Shown: piece after piece, positions 1 to 9,003 of the stretch
Layout of the letters: each line of letters starts with the position of its first letter
How positions within the stretch are numbered: the first letter of the stretch is position 1
NCBI GenBank assembly: GCA_051439505.1
Contig: JBFRWI010000141.1
Coordinates: 1-29,678, forward strand
Direction of reading: 5' to 3'
Origin: Hormoscilla sp.
GTDB taxonomy: Bacteria; Cyanobacteriota; Cyanobacteriia; Cyanobacteriales; Desertifilaceae
Length of the DNA: 29,678 nt
Notes under the pieces: model-generated
Told to the model about the DNA's origin: nothing
Database searches by the model: none
The model's input: the letters and a program-made list of their open reading frames with translations, nothing else
Position numbers and translations under genes: made by a program

Positions 1-92
1 GGCGATCGCTCTTTTGGGCACCGGCTCTAACTATGCTGATATGCTGAATCTAGGGTGGAATGGGCACTGACTTAAGGGACAGAGTTGTTAAT

Positions 93-254
93 GTCATTGC
101 GAGGGGGGGCGGGAAAGCGAAAAATCATCATTTTGCATTAGCATCCCCCCCCCGAAGCAATCTCTTGGGGATCTGTTGGTGGGGAGATTGCTTCGGGGGG
201 TCTGTTGGCGGAGTTCCCCAAAATCTCGGTTTAGGATCGCCCCCTCGCAATGAC
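93..254. repeat. Bipartite palindromic element GTCATTGCGAGGGG...CCCCGAAGCAATCTC / GAGATTGCTTCGGGG...CCCCTCGCAATGAC
   Basis: Terminal inverted repeats GTCATTGCGAGGGG / CCCCTCGCAATGAC plus inner inverted repeat CGAAGCAATCTC / GAGATTGCTTCG; the same arms recur at 23819-23892 and about 24030-24095. Confidence 0.85.
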
Positions 255-277
255 AGCTTAAGTCAGTGACATTCAAT

Positions 278-298
278 GTAGGGTGGGCATTGCCCACC
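278..298 (+). repeat. GTAG-type REP-like palindrome GTAGGGTGGGCATTGCCCACC
   Basis: GTAG tetranucleotide followed by a hairpin; near-identical copies at 12505, 12550 and 14415. Confidence 0.8.
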
Positions 299-449
299 TT
301 ATGCTTTATCATCTTCTATCTCCGTCATTTTTGTTATCTACACAAAACATGAGAGTCATCGGTTGGGTTTCCCTAAACATGAGAAACATCAGGCCCCTTA
401 CCAAACCTACGAACTTAGGCAATCGCTAAAGCGATTACTACGAACCTTA

Positions 450-1550
450 CTAACAAATTCTCGGGAGTTGATCGCCCACAAGCATATCCACGATGCGATC
501 GCTTCCCAAGGCAGTTTGCATGAGGACGAGTCCGGGGGGAGAATGGATTACTTCTCCGACTATGCTAGCATCTTTTCCGGCGGGATGAGATTTCATCGCC
601 TCCAAGACAACTTCTGCATGAGTTGGCGGTACTACTGCTACTAACTTTCCCTCATTTGCCAGGTACAGCGGATCGAGTCCTAAGATTTCGCAAATTCCTT
701 GCACTTCTTCTCGGACCGGTAGAGAAGATTCATATAATCTTATTCCTACCTCGGAACTCATGGCAAATTCGTTCAACACCGTTGCCAGTCCTCCTCGGGT
801 GGCGTCCCGCAGGGCCCGAATTTCCGGACAAACTGCCAACATGCGATCGATCAAGCTATTGAGAGGTTGACAGTCGCTGTTGATTTCTGTTTCCAGGGCC
901 AGTTCGCCCCTGGCAATCAAAATTGCTGCCCCGTGGTCCCCCAGATATCCGTTGACAAGAATAACATCTCCAGGTTGAAGATTGCGGGCGGAAATAGAAA
1001 TGCCTTCGCGAATTATCCCAATGCCTGCGGTATTGATAAATATTTTATCGGCTGCCCCTCGGTGAACGACTTTCGTATCCCCCGTGACTATAGCAACCCC
1101 CGCTGCATCGGCAGCAGTTTTCATGCTTTGGGCAATTTGGCGCAGGGTATCGATACTCAATCCTTCTTCGAGAATCATCCCGCAGGAAAGATAGAGAGGT
1201 TTGGCGCCCCCGACTGCTAGGTCGTTTACCGTCCCATTAACTGCTAATTCGCCGATGTTACTACCGGGAAAAAAGATAGGATCGACGACAAAGGAGTCGG
1301 TAGTAAAGGCGAGTCTGTCTCCCAAAGCCGCAAATTCTGCAAGATGGAAACTGGCCCGGTCTTCCAGTTCTGCGAGGACAGGGTTATCGAAACTGCCGAC
1401 AAAAATATCATCGATTAAATCGCGCATGGCCTTGCCGCCACTGCCATGGGCCAGGGTCACGGTACTGTCCCGGACCTTGCTGGGACGGCGGCGGGCCCGT
1501 TCTATTTTTTGGAACAGGGGATGTTGTTCGGCACTAGGAAAACTGTTCAT
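450..1550 (-). CDS. hypE: Hydrogenase maturation carbamoyl dehydratase HypE
   Basis: HGSGG, TTDSFVV and DTKVV motifs; invariant C-terminal PRIC. Confidence 0.98.
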   Translation of the reverse strand: MNSFPSAEQHPLFQKIERARRRPSKVRDSTVTLAHGSGGKAMRDLIDDIFVGSFDNPVLAELEDRASFHLAEFAALGDRLAFTTDSFVVDPIFFPGSNIGELAVNGTVNDLAVGGAKPLYLSCGMILEEGLSIDTLRQIAQSMKTAADAAGVAIVTGDTKVVHRGAADKIFINTAGIGIIREGISISARNLQPGDVILVNGYLGDHGAAILIARGELALETEINSDCQPLNSLIDRMLAVCPEIRALRDATRGGLATVLNEFAMSSEVGIRLYESSLPVREEVQGICEILGLDPLYLANEGKLVAVVPPTHAEVVLEAMKSHPAGKDASIVGEVIHSPPGLVLMQTALGSDRIVDMLVGDQLPRIC

Positions 1551-1577
1551 TTCATTAATTTTACCAGTTCTGTTGTG

Positions 1578-1675
1578 CGATCCCCCCCAACCCCCCCTTG
1601 GAAAAAGGGGGGGCTTTCAAACCCTTTCCTTCCCAAGCAGTCCCCCCCCTTTGGAAGGGGGGTTAGGGGGGATCG
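1578..1675. repeat. G/C-run palindromic element GATCCCCCCCAACCCCCCTT...AAGGGGGGTTAGGGGGGATC
   Basis: Long inverted repeat with two internal hairpins; half copy at about 29529-29553. Confidence 0.85.
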
Positions 1676-1697
1676 AGGGGTTTGGATAGAATGGAAA

Positions 1698-1916
1698 TTA
1701 TGCGCTAGTTTTCTCTGCATGTCTGCCCGGATGCTTGTCTATATGCAATTTGCCGCCAACTGCCCAGTTTTCCCGATCGAATTCATCGATATGAACTGTT
1801 ACCCATTCCGGTTTGGTTCCCAAGGTTGACACCAGAGTGTCTGTAATGGCCTTGGCAAGTTCGCGCTTTTTCTCTACCGAGTGACCTTCGGCTATCTGAA
1901 TGGTGACAAAGGGCAT
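1698..1916 (-). CDS. 4-oxalocrotonate tautomerase family protein
   Basis: Pro immediately after Met, 72 aa, ENWAVGG motif; lies between hypD and hypE as in other cyanobacterial hyp clusters. Confidence 0.9.
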   Translation of the reverse strand: MPFVTIQIAEGHSVEKKRELAKAITDTLVSTLGTKPEWVTVHIDEFDRENWAVGGKLHIDKHPGRHAEKTSA

Positions 1917-1970
1917 AATCTTTTCTCCTATTGTATTATCTCCCCAGGTTGAAACCTGGACAAATCTGAA

Positions 1971-3119
1971 TCACACCTTGACCATTTTTTTGGGCGCAGG
2001 CGCTTTGGCAACGGTGGCAAGGCGACCGTATTTATAGTAGGCGGCGCAGGCCCCTTCTGAAGATACCATGCAAGTCCCGATCGGGGTTTCGGGGGTGCAA
2101 GCGGTCCCGAAAACTTTGCATTGCCAGGGTTTGAGAACGCCTTTAAGAATTTCTCCGCATTGACAAGGGGCAGCATCTGGTACTTTTTGGTTAGGGATGC
2201 TGAATTTTACTTCCGCATCAAACCGGGCATAAGCTGCTGCGATCTTCAGTCCCGATCGGGGAATATCTCCCAAACCGCGCCATTCAAATTTATCTCGCAC
2301 TGCAAATACCTTATTAATAGCTTCTAATGCGGCCTGATTCCCTTTTTGCTGTACCAAGCGAGTATATTGATTTTCCACTTCACAGCGACCCTCTGTAATT
2401 TGTTGCAGCAGCATCCAAATTGATTGCAGGATATCTAGGGGTTCAAACCCAGACACCACAACAGGTTTGCGATATTTGTCAGCTATAATCCGGTAGGGTT
2501 CCCAGCCTATGACCATACTAACATGACCCGGACCGACAAAACCATCTAGTTGTAAATCCGGGTTGTTCAGCAATGCTTCTAAGGCGGGCACCACCAGGAC
2601 GTGATTGGCAAAAATGCTGAAGTTTTCGACTCCTTCTGCTTCTGCTTGCAGGATGGTTAATGCCGTACTGGGGGCCGTGGTTTCAAATCCCAAACCGAAG
2701 AATATAACTTCTTTATCTGGGTTTTCCTTGGCAATTTGCAGTCCGTCTAGGGGAGAATATACCATGCGGATGTCGGCACCTTGGGCTTTCCCTTGCAGCA
2801 GGCTTTTCTGGGAACCCGGAACCCGCATGGCGTCTCCAAAGGTGGTGAAGATAACATTCGGTTTGGATGCTAGGGAAATGGCATCATCCAGTCTGCCCCT
2901 GGGCATCACGCAGACAGGACATCCGGGGCCGTGAATCAGTTCAATGCTGTCAGGTAAAAGTTCTTCTATGCCATACTTAAAGATAGCATGGGTGTGACCG
3001 CCACAGACCTCCATCACCTTCAGGGGTTCTGTCCGTTCGAGAATGGCAGTTAACCTTTCTATTTCTCCCAGCAATGCTTTCGCCTTTTGCGGGTCGCGAA
3101 ATTCATCAACATATTTCAT
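1971..3119 (-). CDS. hypD: Hydrogenase maturation protein HypD
   Basis: MEVCGGHTH, GPGCPVC, GFETT, PGHVS and CMVSSEGAC motifs. Confidence 0.98.
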   Translation of the reverse strand: MKYVDEFRDPQKAKALLGEIERLTAILERTEPLKVMEVCGGHTHAIFKYGIEELLPDSIELIHGPGCPVCVMPRGRLDDAISLASKPNVIFTTFGDAMRVPGSQKSLLQGKAQGADIRMVYSPLDGLQIAKENPDKEVIFFGLGFETTAPSTALTILQAEAEGVENFSIFANHVLVVPALEALLNNPDLQLDGFVGPGHVSMVIGWEPYRIIADKYRKPVVVSGFEPLDILQSIWMLLQQITEGRCEVENQYTRLVQQKGNQAALEAINKVFAVRDKFEWRGLGDIPRSGLKIAAAYARFDAEVKFSIPNQKVPDAAPCQCGEILKGVLKPWQCKVFGTACTPETPIGTCMVSSEGACAAYYKYGRLATVAKAPAPKKMVKV

Positions 3120-3135
3120 AAATCTTTCCTCTATT

Positions 3136-3393
3136 TCAAGCGCTAGCTGCTTGTAACTCCGCTATTTCACTCAGCATCTGCAATGTTTCTGCTGCTTCCC
3201 GTTCGTCAATGCGGTTCATGGCAAACCCGACGTGAACCAACACCCAGTCTCCGACGCAAGCTTCTGGAGGATGCTGTTCGTCCACAATGCAGGCAATATT
3301 TACTTGACGCTTCACGCCGCTAATATTGACAATGGCTAACTTTTGCGCCACGTCCGTTACTTCCACAATTTGTCCCGGTATTCCTAAGCACAT
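3136..3393 (-). CDS. hypC: Hydrogenase chaperone HypC
   Basis: Start moved to the ATG at 3393, giving the canonical MCLGIPG N-terminus; LVHVGFA motif. Confidence 0.97.
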   Translation of the reverse strand: MCLGIPGQIVEVTDVAQKLAIVNISGVKRQVNIACIVDEQHPPEACVGDWVLVHVGFAMNRIDEREAAETLQMLSEIAELQAASA

Positions 3394-3430
3394 TAATATA
3401 ATTTCCTCACTTCCCACTTCTCACTTCTCA

Positions 3431-3495
3431 CTTCGCTGTCAGCCCGCCGGGGGTTCAAACCCCCGCGTCATAGCTAAAGTCGGTTAAAACCGACT
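3431..3495 (+). repeat. Double-hairpin dispersed element, copy 1 (CTTCGCTGT(C/T)AGCCCGCCGGGGGTTCAAACCCCC...AGTCGGTTAAAACCGACT)
   Basis: Six copies in the window: 3431, 11161, 16578, 21637 (minus), 22433, 28595. Confidence 0.9.
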
Positions 3496-3553
3496 AACAG
3501 GATAATTCCTCAACTCATTGTCGCCACCTTTGACAAAATGGATGCTATTAATT

Positions 3554-3638
3554 GTAGGTTGGGTTGAGGCACGAAACCCAACCAAGAGATGTTGTTACCG
3601 TTGCGCTTGTTGGGTTTCCTCACGTCAACCCAACCTAC
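3554..3638. repeat. Inverted GTAG REP doublet (REPIN-like)
   Basis: GTAGGTTGGGTTGAGG..GAAACCCAAC faces GTTGGGTTTCCTCA..TCAACCCAACCTAC. Confidence 0.8.
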
Positions 3639-3700
3639 GAATATCCTGCATTGAGATGTACCCCAGGCGAGATAATTCCTACCCTTCTAATTAGTTTATG

Positions 3701-3716
3701 TGTAGCTAGCATTACA
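3701..3716. promoter_or_regulatory. Candidate NtcA binding site TGTA-N8-TACA
   Basis: TGTAGCTAGCATTACA matches GTA-N8-TAC, upstream of hypC; no canonical -10 box at the usual 22-nt spacing. Confidence 0.45.
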
Positions 3717-3729
3717 TTTTCTTCTCTTT

Positions 3730-6126
3730 TTATCCACTAATATATCTTGCAGCGGCGATCGCCCCTTGTCCCAGGGACAGGCCGCCATCATTGGGGGGCA
3801 CGAGACTGTGAGTTAGCACCGTCAGTCCCCTAGCTGTTAATTTCCTGCTGACTAAATCTAGCAGAATGCGGTTTTGAAACACCCCTCCCGTCAGGGCTAC
3901 CCGATCGACCTTCTGGCCTTGACGCAAACGGTCAACCATCGCGAGGATGGAAGTGGCTAAACCTTGATGGAATCTCGCCGCGATCGCCCCTTTGGGCCGC
4001 TGTTGCTGCAGATCCTCCAACAAGGCTTTCCACATTAGTTGCAGTTCTAAGCAATAGAGGTTATTTTCAATGCCTCTACAGCTCTCCTCCTTGACTGCCA
4101 CCATCTTACTTATATCCCAGGGATAGCCCCGGTCTTCTTCAGAATTATTTAAGATCTCCCGGGCCGCGATCGCCTCCAGTTCGATAGCGGCCTGTCCTTC
4201 ATAGCTGCAAGCTTCCCGACAGATGCCAAGGGCCGCCGCCACCCCATCAAACAAGCGTCCGCAAGAGGAGGCTAGGGGGGAGTTGATCCCTTTTGCCATC
4301 ATCCCATCCAGCAGTTGACGGGGCTTTTTGTCAAGAAATGCTAACAATTCTAAATCTCCATACTGCTGTTTTAACTCAGTCCAGTTAAAGGCGGCCCGCA
4401 GATGGGCGTAGGTATTGCGCCAAGGTTGGTAAATTGCTTGAGTTCCCCCTAACATCGCCACCGGTTTAAATGTTGCCAACCGTTGAAAACCTCTATAGGA
4501 TGCTAGTAAGAACTCGCCTCCCCAAATTGTGCCGTCTTCTCCATAACCCAAGCCATCTAAAGCGATGCCTAACACCGGCGGTTCATCCAGAGGGACGCCA
4601 TTTTCAACCATGCAAGCGGCAAGGTGGGCATGGTGATGTTGAATATGATAACATGGCAGCTTGTTAGTAGCAGCAAGTTCTTTCCCCAGTTTGCTGGAAA
4701 GATATTCCGGGTGCCGGTCGATCGCCAAAGCGACGGGGTTGTGCTCAAATAGATCTAAGTAGAGATTAATCGTGTCTTGATAGGCGCTAAAGGCGATCGG
4801 GTTCTCTAAGTCTCCCAGATGTTGGGATAAAATTGCTTGACCGTCTTTAATCAAACAAAAAGTATTTTTCAGTTCTCCCCCCATTGCTAAAATGTCAGGA
4901 GTCGTGGAAAACCCTGGTGGCAAATTAATCGGGGCGGGGGCGTAACCTCGGGCCCGACGCAGGATTTGCGGGCGATCGCCCATCGCCCGCACTACGGAAT
5001 CATCAATGCGGTTGACAATCTCCCGATCGTGCAGTAAGAAATAATCAGCAATGCCCCCTAGCTTATCCCGGGCGGTGTCGTTATCAATACATTGGGGTTC
5101 GTCGGTTTTATTGCCGCTAGTCAAGACAATGGGACGGTCCATCCGCTTGAGAATTAGATGATGCAGAGGAGTATATGGTAACATAAACCCCAAGCTGTTT
5201 TGACCCGGCGCTACCGAGGGCGCAACTGCTTTTTGACCGGTAGTTTCCATTAGCACGATCGGGGCGGCAGGACTTTGTAATAATTCCCGTTCTCGTTCGT
5301 TAATTGTACAATATTCGGCGATAATATCGATATCCCGCGCCATTAAAGCAAAAGGTTTGTGGTAACGCCCCTTGCGCGATCGCAGTTTTTGCACTACCAT
5401 ATCGTTGGTAGCATCGCAGGCGAGATGGAAACCGCCCAAACCTTTAATGGCCACAATTTCCCCTTTTTGCAGCAAGGTACAAACGGCATCCACATCATCT
5501 AACATGGAAAACATCGCAGCAGTAATGGGTTTGCCATCGGTCCGTTCTAACCATGCTTTCGGTCCGCAAACGTGACAGGCGATCGGTTGGGCGTGAAAGC
5601 GGCGGTTTTCCGGGTCTGCATATTCCCCCTGACAGTCCGGACAAAGACTAAAGGAGGCCATGCTAGTATTAGGGCGATCGTAGGGCAACTTTTTAATAAT
5701 GCTCAGGCGCGGACCGCAATGGGTACAATTAGTAAAAGGATAGCGATACCAGCGGGTAAAAGGATCGAAAATTTCCTTTTTGCAGCTGGGACAAGTAGCA
5801 GCATCGGGGACAATTTTAGTTTTAATAGTGCTAGTGCTGCTGCTGGTACTGGGGGCGATGATAAAATCAGTAAAATTGCATTCACCCCCGTAGGGTTGGC
5901 GACTAATAGTTTCGATATTTGCTAAGGGCGGACATTCGCTGCGGAGTTGCTGGAGAAAAAGGTCCAGAGTTGGGCGGGTTCCCGCCACGCGAATTAAAAC
6001 CCCCTGTTCGTCATTGCGGACCTCACCCCGCAACCCCAAAGCTTTCGCCAGGCGATAAACAGTGGGGCGAAAACCGACTCCCTGGACCGTACCGCCAATT
6101 CTAATTTCTTCTGCTACTATACTCAT
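3730..6126 (-). CDS. hypF: Carbamoyltransferase HypF
   Basis: Acylphosphatase domain (GTVQGVGFRP), two CxxC-x18-CxxC zinc fingers, KGLGGFH, QHHHAH, PPNDGG. Confidence 0.98.
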   Translation of the reverse strand: MSIVAEEIRIGGTVQGVGFRPTVYRLAKALGLRGEVRNDEQGVLIRVAGTRPTLDLFLQQLRSECPPLANIETISRQPYGGECNFTDFIIAPSTSSSTSTIKTKIVPDAATCPSCKKEIFDPFTRWYRYPFTNCTHCGPRLSIIKKLPYDRPNTSMASFSLCPDCQGEYADPENRRFHAQPIACHVCGPKAWLERTDGKPITAAMFSMLDDVDAVCTLLQKGEIVAIKGLGGFHLACDATNDMVVQKLRSRKGRYHKPFALMARDIDIIAEYCTINERERELLQSPAAPIVLMETTGQKAVAPSVAPGQNSLGFMLPYTPLHHLILKRMDRPIVLTSGNKTDEPQCIDNDTARDKLGGIADYFLLHDREIVNRIDDSVVRAMGDRPQILRRARGYAPAPINLPPGFSTTPDILAMGGELKNTFCLIKDGQAILSQHLGDLENPIAFSAYQDTINLYLDLFEHNPVALAIDRHPEYLSSKLGKELAATNKLPCYHIQHHHAHLAACMVENGVPLDEPPVLGIALDGLGYGEDGTIWGGEFLLASYRGFQRLATFKPVAMLGGTQAIYQPWRNTYAHLRAAFNWTELKQQYGDLELLAFLDKKPRQLLDGMMAKGINSPLASSCGRLFDGVAAALGICREACSYEGQAAIELEAIAAREILNNSEEDRGYPWDISKMVAVKEESCRGIENNLYCLELQLMWKALLEDLQQQRPKGAIAARFHQGLATSILAMVDRLRQGQKVDRVALTGGVFQNRILLDLVSRKLTARGLTVLTHSLVPPNDGGLSLGQGAIAAARYISG

Positions 6127-6243
6127 AAATAAAACGCTATTAACAACAGTTCCAAACCGCGATCGAGGGAGTTTCTCGATTTTGCCTCACCTGCATCAAT
6201 TCCACCTCTGGATACAATCGTACAAGGATCTTAGCTTTTTGTT

Positions 6244-6273
6244 ATCATAACCCATTGGAGTGCATCCTGTCAA
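6244..6273 (-). promoter_or_regulatory. sigma70-type promoter TTGACA-N18-TATGAT, about 120 bp upstream of hypF
   Basis: Perfect -35 at 6273-6268 and TATGAT at 6249-6244. Confidence 0.6.
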
Positions 6274-6361
6274 CATCATTTTTCTTATTTTCTCCGATCG
6301 CAATCAGCATCTGGCGCAGAACTTCTAAAACTTTGCTGCCATCGATCGCGTCTGTCGTCAT
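6245..6361 (-). CDS. Putative 38-aa micro-ORF or gene remnant (MTTDAIDGSKVLEVLRQMLIAIGENKKNDVDRMHSNGL)
   Basis: GGAGG 7 nt before the ATG; lies downstream of the promoter at 6455-6484; no recognisable family. Confidence 0.35.
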   Translation of the reverse strand: MTTDAIDGSKVLEVLRQMLIAIGENKKNDVDRMHSNGL

Positions 6362-6454
6362 ATTTTTACCTCCACAGGCGTCATCCTATCATCACCCCAA
6401 ATATCTACCACATTGACAGCAATTTGGCGTCGTCAGATTGACCAGCCTTTTGTT

Positions 6455-6484
6455 ATCATAACCTATTGGAGAGCAGACTGTCAA
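6455..6484 (-). promoter_or_regulatory. Second copy of the TTGACA-N18-TATGAT promoter
   Basis: TTGACAgtctgctctccaataggtTATGATaacaaaa, homologous to 6244-6273 including the spacer. Confidence 0.6.
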
Positions 6485-6649
6485 GTGTTGCTCAAAATTA
6501 TTGGGATAATTTTGAGCTTTAGAAACTTGCAGATCCAAGTTACCTTTTAGGAACTGTATTTCGGACAAAGTAGTTGTCGCGATCGCATCTGCCGCCAGTC
6601 GTGCCATCTCCCCGCATTCACCATTCACAATTGCTCAATTCACAATTGC

Positions 6650-7840
6650 TCAATTCACCAGGGACCAAAGCAGCACGCGATTATTCCCCGAGTCAGCAAT
6701 GATAGCAGTATTGCCGCAGATTTGGATGCCGTAGGGCCAGCAGAGACTATTGCGTGTCGCCCGACCGTAGGAGGTATTTTCACTCTTACTTTGAAAGTGG
6801 GGTTGACCCGTTAATCCTAATGCTGGCATTCCTAAAGTTAAATCTCCCTGCCACCCCAGCAACCGTGAATTAGCAGTATCCGCACAAATCAACCATGCAT
6901 TTGCCCCGGCGGCAGAGTAGGGCATACTCAGACTAGCATCTGAGGGAAAGTAATCTCCCTGATTTAGTTCGACAGTATCAAACTGCTTTTGACCCAAGAC
7001 TAGAGAACATGGTTGGTTATTCTCTGTGGGGATTTTATCCCAAATCATCAGGCGATTATTGCCCGCATCGGCAACAACTAATTTTTCTCCCCAAATAGTC
7101 AGGGCGTGGGGCCAGCGCATGCTAGCAGCGGTGGGGGTGCCGCCGCCATTTTCATCCCGGGAATTCATGTCCCCTTGTCCCAAAACTAAATCGGCGGGTT
7201 GACCGTTCCTTTCCGGGAGTTGATTCCAAACTAAAACCCGGCGCGACCCCGTATCCGCTACCCACAAACGTCCCTGGTGGTAGAGAACGCCGTAGGGCCA
7301 GTGCAGGCGATCGCCCCTAGTTTCCGAGAAGCCCCGGTTAGGTTCGTTGTGGAAAAAATCTGCTTGTCCTAACACAATATCGGCGGGAACATTACTCTCT
7401 TGAGGCAATTGTTTCCAAATTAATACCCGATGATTCCAAGCATCAGCAACTGCCAACCCTTCGCCACAAGGGCAGATCCCCGTAGGAACGCTAACCGTTG
7501 CGGCATGGGGTGTACCTTGAGCATTTTGTCCTTCCTGATAAAAGTCCTGCTGTCCGATGATCCAGTCAGCAGGTTGACCGTCCTCCAGAGGGCGTTCTCG
7601 CCATCCCAGCAAGCGATGATGTCCCGTATCCGCCACCCACAAGGGACCATTTTCTGATAATAAACAAGCCCCGCGAGGACCGAACATTGTCGTGGCCTCC
7701 GGTGCCAAGGGCACGACCAAAGCATCAGTAGGTTGCTGTCCGAGAATCACCTCAGCCCCTTGAGGAGAAAGGATTTCTCGGCATGACTGGGGCTGGTTGT
7801 TCTGGGTTTGAGGCTGACTTATTTTCAGCAGTTTTTTCAT
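6650..7840 (-). CDS. NHL-repeat (beta-propeller) protein of cyanobacterial hyp clusters
   Basis: Repeated W/L-VADTG-xxR-V/LL-xW and VLGQ motifs; located upstream of hypF; ATG at 7840 preferred over TTG at 7846. Confidence 0.9.
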   Translation of the reverse strand: MKKLLKISQPQTQNNQPQSCREILSPQGAEVILGQQPTDALVVPLAPEATTMFGPRGACLLSENGPLWVADTGHHRLLGWRERPLEDGQPADWIIGQQDFYQEGQNAQGTPHAATVSVPTGICPCGEGLAVADAWNHRVLIWKQLPQESNVPADIVLGQADFFHNEPNRGFSETRGDRLHWPYGVLYHQGRLWVADTGSRRVLVWNQLPERNGQPADLVLGQGDMNSRDENGGGTPTAASMRWPHALTIWGEKLVVADAGNNRLMIWDKIPTENNQPCSLVLGQKQFDTVELNQGDYFPSDASLSMPYSAAGANAWLICADTANSRLLGWQGDLTLGMPALGLTGQPHFQSKSENTSYGRATRNSLCWPYGIQICGNTAIIADSGNNRVLLWSLVN

Positions 7841-7982
7841 CGCCAATATAAATCTTCAATATAAATTATCATTTTATCCCCAACTGGTAAGGTATATCCA
7901 GGGCGATCGAGCTTACCTTAAAAATAAAGGTGGGCTGCTGCCCACCCTCTGGTTCTTCCTTCTTGTAATTCTCGCAAACCGA

Positions 7983-8396
7983 CTAATTGCAGAGCACAAT
8001 GTATCTTAAAGGCGTCGATCGGGGATTGGACTGAGATCCTACAGCAAATTCTTCGTTGTTGTAATTCCCGCAATCCGACGGAGATGTTAAAAACGCAGCA
8101 TTAACAAATATTCCCCGGGAATCTGTGCGACCTAGGTAGTATCCACTGCGTTCCGCCCTTCCATCTTTTTCCCGCCATGTATACACAGATTGATAGGGTT
8201 GAACCGGGTTTGTATACAGCACCAAAACTGCGTAATCTCCCAACTGATAAATGGGATACTTATCAGGACGCGCCGTAATTGGACCGCTATCAACTTGCGC
8301 ATAGGCTGCTGGGGCTTGCCAAACCATGAGCGAGCTCAATAGCACGATGCTGCAAATCCCTAAGATGAGCCACTTTTTCACCAAGCTTAGTGACAT
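7983..8396 (-). CDS. Hypothetical secreted protein
   Basis: Signal peptide (KK, hydrophobic core, AYA|Q); AGGAG upstream; beta-rich mature part with 2 Cys. Confidence 0.75.
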   Translation of the reverse strand: MSLSLVKKWLILGICSIVLLSSLMVWQAPAAYAQVDSGPITARPDKYPIYQLGDYAVLVLYTNPVQPYQSVYTWREKDGRAERSGYYLGRTDSRGIFVNAAFLTSPSDCGNYNNEEFAVGSQSNPRSTPLRYIVLCN

Positions 8397-8661
8397 TTAT
8401 TTCTCCTACTTCCAACTTTTTGGTCTGGTGGTGATAAACAAGTAATGGTTTTCGATGCCAGATTACTCTATCTGCCCTAGCCAAATCATTACATCTTTAT
8501 CTCTACCCTAGGTCTAGGCTATCTTTCCCTAAATTTATTTTCTGTGATATCAAGCATTATTTTATATGATTGATATCACCAACAAATATACCAAGGGATG
8601 ATTTACAGCGCTTAACATGAAGATAGACTACGTAGTACCATTGAGGAAACTAATTAGGCCA

Positions 8662-8940
8662 ATGCTTCTGCTGTGAGATACGTATTCTCTATTCGCAGAA
8701 TTCCGCTGTAAGCAAAATCAGGCTTTATTTGGGCTAGTGGAAATTTCTGGAGGACTTCAAAAAAAGCTAGTGAGATTATATTGAAAGTACCTTTTGACAG
8801 TGGTGGCGTTTCCAAAAGAATGGCGGCGTTTGGCCAATTTTGAAGCTGGCATTCCGAGCAGACAATGGCAAACCTATCTAGAGTTTGCCCGATCGCGAAT
8901 ATCCACCCCAAGGACCAGAAACCTGGTTTCTATGAGTTAA
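8662..8940 (+). pseudogene. Possible degraded reading frame with two internal TGA codons
   Basis: 93-codon ATG-to-TAA frame interrupted only by TGA at 8674 and 8782; protein-like composition; family not recognised. Confidence 0.25.
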
Positions 8941-9003
8941 CCCTAGGTAAAGACTATTAGATATCGCACCAAACCTGTTTCTGGCAACTAAAGGCGATCG
9001 CCC

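Noticed and set aside
60..312. ORFs 60-269 (+) and 94-312 (-)
   Set aside because: They lie entirely over palindromic repeats and show no protein-family features
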